A stretch of 64,000 nt of DNA from an uncultured archaeon (GTDB lineage Archaea; Thermoplasmatota; Penumbrarchaeia; JASLWR01). A program made the position numbers and the translations under genes. Location of the stretch: NCBI GenBank assembly GCA_964342815.1, contig CAYFHS010000006.1, positions 85,850 through 149,849 of the forward strand. Direction: 5' to 3'. A model generated the notes under the pieces. The model did no database searches. It was not told the DNA's origin and was given only the letters and a program-made list of their open reading frames with translations. Shown one piece after another: positions 57,401 to 64,000 of the stretch; positions within the stretch are counted from its first letter, which is position 1; each line of letters opens with the position of its first letter.

Positions 57401-57533
57401 AGTATTGATTATAAAAATGGGTAATGATAGAAGGGGGGAACGTTATGGAAAGGGGGGGAAAAAGGGTAGGGCGAATAATGAGTTGGGGTATGTTGATTGG
57501 GAAGGAGATGTGGAGGAAGAGAAAGGCGGATGA
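54456..57533 (+). CDS. FG-GAP (integrin-alpha-like) 7-bladed propeller + cadherin/He_PIG-like Ig domains + TSP3-like Ca-binding repeats + TM
   Basis: Seven 67-aa GDVNGDGYDDILIGA...GQTYLIFG repeats; DSDGDG/DWDGDG motifs; ATG 54456. Confidence 0.92.
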   Translation: MRKEFGLYIIFLMILLPLLIPISSEALDYELDSNLSNVNASFWGECEYDFSGYSVARAGDVNGDGYDDILIGADYNDEGGDEAGQTYLIFGKASGLAMNTDLSDSDASFWGESADDNSGISLAGAGDVNGDGYDDILIGVRDNGEGGPDAGQTYIIFGKASGWSMDTNLSDSDASFLGERPYDKSGWSVAGAGDVNGDGYDDILVGAYGNDEGDNWGGQTYLIFGKASGWSMDTNLSISDASFWGENEGDLSGDFVAGVGDVNGDGFDDILIGASDNDEGGNRAGQTYLIFGKASGWSMDTGLSTSDASFWGENAGESSGESLSSAGDVNGDGYDDILIGVSENSEAGGWAGQTYLIFGKASGWSMDTDLSTSEASFLGENADDHSGCSIAGAGDVNGDGYDDILIAADYNDDGGSNTGQTYLILGKSSSWYMDISLSASDASFQGADLYDFSGISVAGAGDVNGDGHDDILIGALHNDSGGSSAGQTYLIFPEHNNEPVSITSIKAYSDDEYSHEISNAYPGSKIYLELTAIDEDAKKNIAQVWIKGSSNPGKRFKMRLMETGENTGKFHGEMTIANRTHSRYKWIDADEGGWVEISSRKEPAILLNLSIIPGMQLEPKPTILYLNEDDNFSQHFDTTGVNPELWILETNAPWLSWNESTNNLVGTPTNFHVGTYWVNLHVEGNIFSDGINFTIIVNNSLPQITTENMLFAEQDQLYIVDYNSTDDLLGNVVWYLATNASWLSINSSSGVLNGIPIKKDLGIYLVNVSVSDGNDGWDYSEFNLHVVNDNERPKLYDDSLNTNKGDTSTSFRFSIMYNDDDGDEPVYINLVIDELLHTMIRDSSVPFDFIEGVKYDYTLNLSEGVHQYHYSVSDGKSIVRFPEDGNLVTPYIQQVLEEDTGKDSDGDGYSDSKERQMGSDPIDENSIPLDWDGDGIANVDDAYPNDGNKWEGTKTIGEGIYAFWWIIGIMGGLIILGVIVGVVLIIKMGNDRRGERYGKGGKKGRANNELGYVDWEGDVEEEKGG

Positions 57534-57793
57534 TGTTCAAGAAAGTACTACTATTGGATTCTGGGATTTTAGGCATGGGAATGGTTGGGAATGTGTGTTC
57601 AAATATGTTTGCTTTTATAACCCCCTAGAGATAATATTTCAGAACGGAAATCTAATTAGTTTATCGATTGAACGCCGAAAGGACCAAGAATTTGTAGTCC
57701 GCTTTATAATTATTTCACTCTGGATTTTTTACGCAAAAAATTTAATTCCTTGAGCCCATTTATTGTCAATTTCATATTTACGGTGGAAAAAAG

Positions 57794-60457
57794 ATGCGCA
57801 GGATATTAGTGCTCTTCGTTGTATTACTTTTGGCCTTATCGTCATTATTATTACTGCTGCAAGTGGGAAATTCTTCAGATCATTCTTCGATTGAGCTATC
57901 AGGAAAACAATCCCTGAGAAATATTGGCCGCGATAGATCGTCATACCCCGTATGGTCCATCGGTGACCGGTTCAATTACACCCAGACCAAATACGACACC
58001 TCACTTTACAGTTCTTATTCATACTGGGCCAGCTACGAGGTAATGAATCTGACCACGGTGTCCACGCCACAGGGGACATATGAAGTTTACGGAGTGGCCG
58101 GGAAAAGCCAGAGCTCTTGGACCGGAATTTCCCCCGTGTCGGACGGTTTTTTCTATTATAATTCCACCAATTATTACCGCTCGTCAGACAAGGCCGCGGT
58201 GGAAAATTTCGCCACAAGTATAGGCCCGAACTATTACCTGAACTACTATTCGTATTACAAGCCTCCACGGGACCAGATGGATTATCCCATCCTACCGGAA
58301 GAATCGTGGAACGCGTCCCAGAGCTATTATTACCGCAATTCAGGCGTGGTGGGAGGAAATCCTCATTACAGCGACGGCGATCATTCATACAATAACAGTT
58401 ACACCTGCATATCGGAAGGAGCGGTAAATGTCTCCGCAGGAAAATTTTCCATAATGAAACTGCGAACCCAAAGTGATCCGAACAGCTACACGCTCCAGTA
58501 TTTCGACGATGCAATGGGGTGGTACGCGAAAATGGAATCGTACGTCAACGGTGATCTGAACTCCGTCTATGAGCTGGAGTCAACAACATTCGTCCACGGT
58601 CCTTCCGTGAACCGTGAAAGTTTCGATTTTACAATGAGAGAGGACGGTGTTGATTCCGCGAGTATTGACCTTCGGGATATATTTTCCAGCGATGGTAATA
58701 TATCTTATTCGGTGGAAAGCACCGAGATTATGAACGTCACCATAGACAATGATGGTTTGGCCACTTTCAAACCCAAAAAGAATTGGAACGGCAACATCAC
58801 TATCACCTTCAGCGCTTCTAACGGTTTGAAGAGCGCATCGAAGGATATCACTATTACCGTAACCCCGGTGAACGACCGTCCATACTTCAAAGACCTGCCC
58901 GATATCACAATTATGGAAGGAGGTTTCGATAGCAGTCTCGACCTCGATGATTACGCGCATGACGTGGATGACCGTACCGTGGACCTGAGCTATCATCTGG
59001 AATCCACCGAGAACATTCAGGCAAAGCTTCTGGCCGGGGATATACTTGAATTATCTTCCCCGGGCTTCTGGTACGGGGAGGAATATGTGGGGGTCAAGGT
59101 AAAGGACAAAACGAAATACTCCGATCTGGCGAGAATCCGGGTCATTGTGACCAAGATAAATGATGATCCAATCCTGGATCCATTGGATGACATGAGCGTT
59201 CTCCAGTATGATTATCTTAATTTTACGCTGTCGGCAACCGACCCGGATCCGCTGGATGTTCTGACGTTCCATACCAATATCAGTTTGACCATAAGGGATA
59301 TAGCGAGCGGGATCGATTTTTCCATGGACGAGATCACAGGTGATTTCTTTTTTCACCCCTGCCGCGAAAAGTTAATTGGTACACATGAAATTGCGTTCTG
59401 GGTGGATGACGGTACTTCTAGAAATTATTCCAACATTACCATCACGGTGAAAAACGTGAATGATCCACCTGTGGTAGATGAAAGTTTTAACATTATTATT
59501 GTTGATGCGGACCCTGAAAAGCCAGGCGACAACAACCTTACCGTCCGTTTCACGGCACCGTTGGTTACGGATCCCGATGGCGATTATATAACCTTCACCT
59601 GGGATCTCGGCGACGGAACGGATGCAGTTTCCGGAAAATACGCCAATCACACCTATGAAAAGAGCGGTAACTATTCCGTTATATTATCCGTCACCGACGG
59701 TATTATCGATGAACCACTTACCCTTACAGATATTATTTATGTTACTGCGCCGGGCTCGTCAGATGGAATGGATGATGATGACGTAGATGACGATGACGAT
59801 GATGATACTGCCGGGGAGGACGGCCCGGTGAATGAAGATGATGATGCTTCTCCCGTAGACGATGATCTGGACGACGATACCGGACCTTCCGGTAACGGAA
59901 AGAACTCCTACGGCAGTAGTGAGAGTGGAACAGATAGCGCAAGCGGAGTGTCGGGATGGCTGATAGGTGTGATCGCCGCCGTATTGGTTATCGCCGTGAT
60001 AATTTCCCTATTTATCATTATTACGAGGATGACCCGTGAGGGCACGGATGCCCAGGCAATACAGGAAAATATCAACGGTCAGGTTCCGTCGTACAATTGC
60101 AGAAAATGCGGTTTTTCTCTTCGTTACATTGATCACTATGGGAGGTGGTGGTGTGAAGGTTGTAAAGAATATATTCATCATGATCAGGAAGATAATAAAT
60201 TGACTGTTTCCGGGCCCCGCTTATACGAATCCGGCGTTCCGACACCGGAAAGTTGGGGTGGGTCCGTATCAAACAGATATGAGCTTTCTCATTTCGAATC
60301 CGCCCCAAAGGATCGAAGCGTGAATATGACAATTCCAATAAATTCACTTGCGCCGTTATGCAGGCGCTGCGGCCAGTTTGCAGAATTCTATCCGGAACAC
60401 AATTGCTACTGGTGCGATGGTTGCATGGATTACGTGACGAATGATCTAACTAGATGA
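57794..60457 (+). CDS. Surface protein: PxW..GD N-domain, cadherin-like repeats, PKD, Asp-rich linker, TM, two cytoplasmic zinc ribbons
   Basis: VTPVNDRP/NDDP repeats, WDLGDGT PKD, CRKCG...WWCEGC and CRRCG...YWCDGC. Confidence 0.88.
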   Translation: MRRILVLFVVLLLALSSLLLLLQVGNSSDHSSIELSGKQSLRNIGRDRSSYPVWSIGDRFNYTQTKYDTSLYSSYSYWASYEVMNLTTVSTPQGTYEVYGVAGKSQSSWTGISPVSDGFFYYNSTNYYRSSDKAAVENFATSIGPNYYLNYYSYYKPPRDQMDYPILPEESWNASQSYYYRNSGVVGGNPHYSDGDHSYNNSYTCISEGAVNVSAGKFSIMKLRTQSDPNSYTLQYFDDAMGWYAKMESYVNGDLNSVYELESTTFVHGPSVNRESFDFTMREDGVDSASIDLRDIFSSDGNISYSVESTEIMNVTIDNDGLATFKPKKNWNGNITITFSASNGLKSASKDITITVTPVNDRPYFKDLPDITIMEGGFDSSLDLDDYAHDVDDRTVDLSYHLESTENIQAKLLAGDILELSSPGFWYGEEYVGVKVKDKTKYSDLARIRVIVTKINDDPILDPLDDMSVLQYDYLNFTLSATDPDPLDVLTFHTNISLTIRDIASGIDFSMDEITGDFFFHPCREKLIGTHEIAFWVDDGTSRNYSNITITVKNVNDPPVVDESFNIIIVDADPEKPGDNNLTVRFTAPLVTDPDGDYITFTWDLGDGTDAVSGKYANHTYEKSGNYSVILSVTDGIIDEPLTLTDIIYVTAPGSSDGMDDDDVDDDDDDDTAGEDGPVNEDDDASPVDDDLDDDTGPSGNGKNSYGSSESGTDSASGVSGWLIGVIAAVLVIAVIISLFIIITRMTREGTDAQAIQENINGQVPSYNCRKCGFSLRYIDHYGRWWCEGCKEYIHHDQEDNKLTVSGPRLYESGVPTPESWGGSVSNRYELSHFESAPKDRSVNMTIPINSLAPLCRRCGQFAEFYPEHNCYWCDGCMDYVTNDLTR

Positions 60458-60570
60458 TGATGAGGTTCGCATGATGTGGGTGTTCGCCTATATACCGCGG
60501 CAACTCTATAATTCAATCTTATGTGGGTTTGATGTTTTGCGTTTTATATGTCAACAAATATATTCTTTCT

Positions 60571-60733
60571 TAGGCCGGGCGGGGGAACCGATGCCCGGCC
60601 TATTTCCAAAATCACTCCAAATGAATGTCAAAAAACAAGGTCGGCTCCTGCCGACCATGGGGCCAAGGCCCCTTCCAAATATTATTTTATGTTTTTGGTG
60701 CCGGGCCGCTATTTGCTGAAGCTCAGTGGCCCT
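60571..60733. terminator. Cluster of GC-rich hairpins in convergent intergenic gap
   Basis: Stems 60571-60602 (10 bp), 60639-60656 (7 bp, followed by TTGTTTTTT on the minus strand), 60659-60672 and about 60702-60733. Confidence 0.45.
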
Positions 60734-60798
60734 CTTTATGAAGATAATCCACTAAAACGTAAAAGGTCCAGTTTGGGTTAAGGAGCAATAGAAAATAA

Positions 60799-61002
60799 CT
60801 AGAAGTTTTCTTTTATATCCTTTGAGATGGCCTGATATTGTTCGACAGTTATCTCATTGTTCAGAAGTTTCTTCAACAATCCTTTCATCAGATCCCCTTT
60901 CTCGTCCCACTCCACCTGAACTTCAACTGCCCTCTTCCCAGTCTTCTTGCTGTCCTCAGAAAGATAGTCATAGCGAAGAATAGTACCGATTAGACCCAAC
61001 AC
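60799..61002 (-). CDS. Small protein with SHOCT-like C-terminus
   Basis: LKKLLNNEITVEQYQAI; GTG start 15 nt after the upstream stop. Confidence 0.45.
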   Translation of the reverse strand: MLGLIGTILRYDYLSEDSKKTGKRAVEVQVEWDEKGDLMKGLLKKLLNNEITVEQYQAISKDIKENF

Positions 61003-61017
61003 GGTCCCACGGTGAAT

Positions 61018-61305
61018 TCAAGAGCGTAAATATGCCGTCAATGCTTCTCTTACAAAGTCACCCATGCTCTTGGAGGAATTTGTAGCGATCTTTTTCAGAC
61101 CATCCAATGTCTTTGCAGGTAATACTGCGGATATCGTTTCAGCCCCCTCCATCTTTTCATCCAATTCTTCCAGAACACGAGAATAGCTGGTTATCTTGTA
61201 ATTTCCGGCGGCAAGCATATCAGCGATCTTATTTTTCAATCCTTCTACGGCATACCATTCGTTATCCAGTTGAATTGTTCCTTCATCAAAATTTATATTT
61301 GCCAT
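61018..61305 (-). CDS. Ribbon-helix-helix (CopG/Arc-like) domain protein
   Basis: ISAVLPAKTLDGLKKIATNSSKSMGDFVREALTAYL; ATG 61305 with AGGAGG 9 nt upstream. Confidence 0.7.
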   Translation of the reverse strand: MANINFDEGTIQLDNEWYAVEGLKNKIADMLAAGNYKITSYSRVLEELDEKMEGAETISAVLPAKTLDGLKKIATNSSKSMGDFVREALTAYLRS

Positions 61306-61345
61306 TTTATGCATCCTCCTATCTGCGAGCGAATCATCCTTGAGC

Positions 61346-61606
61346 TTAATTATTGTTGGCTTCCAAAGAACGGAACTGGGGATTGACATAATAAGCCAGT
61401 CTCCCCTCAGAATCGGGTATCTGGATTACGATGCCCTTTTGGATTAGGGCGTTTAATGCAATATCGAATTCATCATCGCTCATATGAAGACAATTATTGA
61501 ATAACATTATAAATCTTTCTCTAGAACGAGTTCTTTTCGTCAATCTTTCTGCATGAATCCGTTTTCGTTTATAGAAATAATTTCCTATATCCCCTTTGAT
61601 TTGCAT
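61346..61606 (-). CDS. Small hypothetical protein, possible winged helix
   Basis: FDIALNALIQKGIVIQI...YYV helix-wing pattern; follows rqcH. Confidence 0.5.
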   Translation of the reverse strand: MQIKGDIGNYFYKRKRIHAERLTKRTRSRERFIMLFNNCLHMSDDEFDIALNALIQKGIVIQIPDSEGRLAYYVNPQFRSLEANNN

Positions 61607-61634
61607 ATATAGTTCATTTTTATTAAAAAAAAAT

Positions 61635-63800
61635 TCAATCCTTAATTAGTGATTCGTCTATCCCCTTTGAGCCAATAATCCGACCACCACCCGAAGGCAG
61701 GAGGCTTAAAAATAGATCCGATGATTCGCGAAATACCTTTCCTAGACGTTTTGCAAGAGTGTTTTTCTCGATCTCTCCGGGTACAATTATTACATAAGCG
61801 GCGGAATGAACCTCTAATGCACTTACCGGTCCTACCATTATTTTTTCGTCCCCTTCTATCTTGACCCGCCCTATGGCTATTCTCATATCGAGCTTTGCCA
61901 TCCAGTTTCGTTTTCCACGAACAATGAACGACCCTTTCGGAAGAAACTCTCCGCTCTGCGGCGATTTCGAGACCTGATCCGGATTCACCCAGTACGCCGT
62001 TTGCGAGCCCACCTGTCTCGCCCAGCTTCTTGAGAAACAAGCGGAGAATATCCCGCCTTCCTCAAGGGTCCGCTCCGATATCTCCTCATCACTGCGGGGC
62101 AGAACGACAACAGAGGGCGAGCCGTGAACGTCTGTATGTATGTACCTGGCACCTTTATCGAGGTATTTTTTCACTATCTTTTCGTTCGTTTTCGCGTCCT
62201 TGCCGCCAATTACAACGTTACTGTCCGACGAGATGAACCAGCGGTATGATTCGAACCAGTTCTTTTTGGTTTTTTTCGTTACCTGCGAAATTTTCTCAGT
62301 TTCAGCCACCCTTTTTTCCGCTTTTTTCTTGGTTTTTTCAAGCTCAACGTATGATGTTTCGAGAGCCAGCTTCGCCCCCTTCATCTTCGACCTGCTCTTT
62401 TTGGCCTTTTCGAAATACAATGCAGCGTTCTCGTTAACATCCTTTTTCACTTTTATATGAACTTTGCACTTGCCCCCGTCGCTTTGGGGAATTAACACAA
62501 CAGCTCTCCATGTGGAGGGATCGATAGATAGTATGTCCGGAATATCCTTAATCCTTTTTCTGACCTCTTTCCACCCGAATTTCTTCTGAGCCTCGCGGAG
62601 TGCCTTTATTACTCCTTCCAATCTTTGGTAGTTCAGGTAAACAAGGTCCGCCAGTTCGCTGTTCTTGAGAATTTCCGCCTCGAACTTTTTTATCCCTTTT
62701 TCCTGCTGGGCGATCTTTCGAAGCACTCTGGCCACTGATGGGTCGTACTTGCTGCCGTCAATTCCATTCGAAGTATCGATCTCGGCTTGTTCGTAATCAC
62801 CTTTGCTAAGAGCGATTCGTTCCAGAATAACATTGAGTGAGGGGAATTTCTCTACTTCCGGTTCCTCGTCGGCACCCATGGATACAAGAGGGTTGCGGCT
62901 GATCCTTATGAACTCCCCGGCTTTTTTATAGCCGAACATGCCGGCAACCTTTTGCGTTTCCTCCAGTAATGTTCGGATAATATCGGTTACTACTGTCTTT
63001 TCCTCATTAGTTAGACTGCTGACGTTCCTTTTCTTGTCAATCCCGGATCTTGCCAGCACTTCCTCCGCCATTGTACCGCCGAGATTCAGCTCCATGGCAA
63101 GGCATCTTACCACATCCATCTCGCTGGTCTCCATTACCTCGATTAGCCGGGTTAACTCCTTTCCCCTTGGATTGTATCTATCAGGAGGAAATATATATTC
63201 ATGCCTGGCACGAAGCGTCCTTGAGCTGTACGAACGGGAGTGAAGGGGTTGTATTATCTTTCCATCCTTTACGAGAATCACATTTCCCTCCATGAACATC
63301 TCCAGGATCAGCTTGTAGTGATCGTCAACGTGACCGAATTCGAAGGTCAGTATTCTATCGAACCGATGCTGGTAAACATTCAACAGCCGCCTGTTTCTCA
63401 GATGTTTCCTGAGCAGCATGGCAAACGAATGGGGTATCATCGGATAGATGAAGCTCTTGTCCGTGCAAAAGAGAAGACCCCCAGGTTCAATGAAAAGGTT
63501 CACCTTGTAATAACTGCCGCCACTCTTACCCTCTCCTTTGAGTTTGATCTCTTTAGCGACATCTATTGAATCATCGTCTTCGGCCCTTTCAACTGGCGGG
63601 CTCGCCTCTTTCATGGCCGGACTTGACAATTCCGGTAATACCCTGTGAAAAGAGGATTCAACATAGTCCTTCTTTACGGTGAGACGGATCACGATCTCTC
63701 CCGTTTCCAGCATGAATGCCTTATCGAAGTAGGCTCCGCGCAATAACTGGAATTCCTGCTCAAGGACCGCAATGTCGAACGAAGTAGGCGAGTATACCAT
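61635..63800 (-). CDS. rqcH: Ribosome quality-control protein RqcH/Rqc2 (NFACT family)
   Basis: FAMLLRKHL, DRIL.F.F, LILEMFMEGNVIL, NAALYFEKAKK, WFESYRWF, GGKDAKTNE, HTDVHGSP, GSFIVRG. Likely ATG 63800 behind GAGGA. Confidence 0.95.
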   Translation of the reverse strand: MVYSPTSFDIAVLEQEFQLLRGAYFDKAFMLETGEIVIRLTVKKDYVESSFHRVLPELSSPAMKEASPPVERAEDDDSIDVAKEIKLKGEGKSGGSYYKVNLFIEPGGLLFCTDKSFIYPMIPHSFAMLLRKHLRNRRLLNVYQHRFDRILTFEFGHVDDHYKLILEMFMEGNVILVKDGKIIQPLHSRSYSSRTLRARHEYIFPPDRYNPRGKELTRLIEVMETSEMDVVRCLAMELNLGGTMAEEVLARSGIDKKRNVSSLTNEEKTVVTDIIRTLLEETQKVAGMFGYKKAGEFIRISRNPLVSMGADEEPEVEKFPSLNVILERIALSKGDYEQAEIDTSNGIDGSKYDPSVARVLRKIAQQEKGIKKFEAEILKNSELADLVYLNYQRLEGVIKALREAQKKFGWKEVRKRIKDIPDILSIDPSTWRAVVLIPQSDGGKCKVHIKVKKDVNENAALYFEKAKKSRSKMKGAKLALETSYVELEKTKKKAEKRVAETEKISQVTKKTKKNWFESYRWFISSDSNVVIGGKDAKTNEKIVKKYLDKGARYIHTDVHGSPSVVVLPRSDEEISERTLEEGGIFSACFSRSWARQVGSQTAYWVNPDQVSKSPQSGEFLPKGSFIVRGKRNWMAKLDMRIAIGRVKIEGDEKIMVGPVSALEVHSAAYVIIVPGEIEKNTLAKRLGKVFRESSDLFLSLLPSGGGRIIGSKGIDESLIKD

Positions 63801-63908
63801 ATAAATTTCCTCTGAATAACGTTCTATGGTGACCACTGGACTTTAAGATAGAGGCCATGAATTTCATTATCTCTATTAGGGAATCCTGTGAAGTTATAAT
63901 ACAGGCGC

Positions 63909-64000
63909 TATATATTGTCATAGGTGCAAAGTTCGATAAAAAGTCGAAGTTTGCAGCTTGACAATCCTCGACGACCCTAACGGCTCGTCTGGCATGACAG
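63909..64000 (-). repeat. Dispersed structured element, copy 2 (truncated by window end)
   Basis: 84/92 nt identical to the reverse complement of 4431-4522. Confidence 0.8.

Noticed and set aside
1-64000. Prophage, transposase, integrase or reverse transcriptase
   Set aside because: No ORF shows DDE, HUH, tyrosine/serine recombinase, RT or capsid/terminase motifs; remaining short ORF-track entries overlap supported genes and look spurious.

Overview
Archaeal chromosomal window, most consistent with a Thermoplasmatota-type genome. That assignment is inferred from aIF-2beta with a C-terminal TRAM domain, MCM next to DUF424, a DRG GTPase, RqcH, a tRNA-Gly(UCC) with a BHB intron, and many single-pass Ig/PKD/CARDB surface proteins with zinc-ribbon tails. 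Housekeeping genes (moxR operon, PRT, flippase, GT-C/GT4, mcm, pdxS, NAD-kinase-like, rqcH) are interleaved with about 12 large surface-protein genes. No transposase, integrase or CRISPR array is visible. Standout observations: (1) a stand-alone gene whose N-terminus aligns by eye with the bacterial microcompartment (BMC-H) shell fold, fused to a winged-helix DNA-binding domain; (2) a six-repeat Ig protein whose Cys pairs co-vary with His, next to a thioredoxin-like/CcdA-like His-rich membrane protein lacking the canonical redox cysteines; (3) a tandem pair of beta-propeller-PKD-TM proteins ending in a cytoplasmic HPD J-domain, one interrupted by an in-frame TAG; (4) two unexplained structured non-coding elements, one present in at least 2 copies and one with an internally duplicated hairpin showing three compensatory base-pair changes; (5) an operon of PRC-barrel, CDC48-N-like and three paralogous beta-layer/coiled-coil proteins. 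All family calls come from motif recognition by eye; no searches were run.
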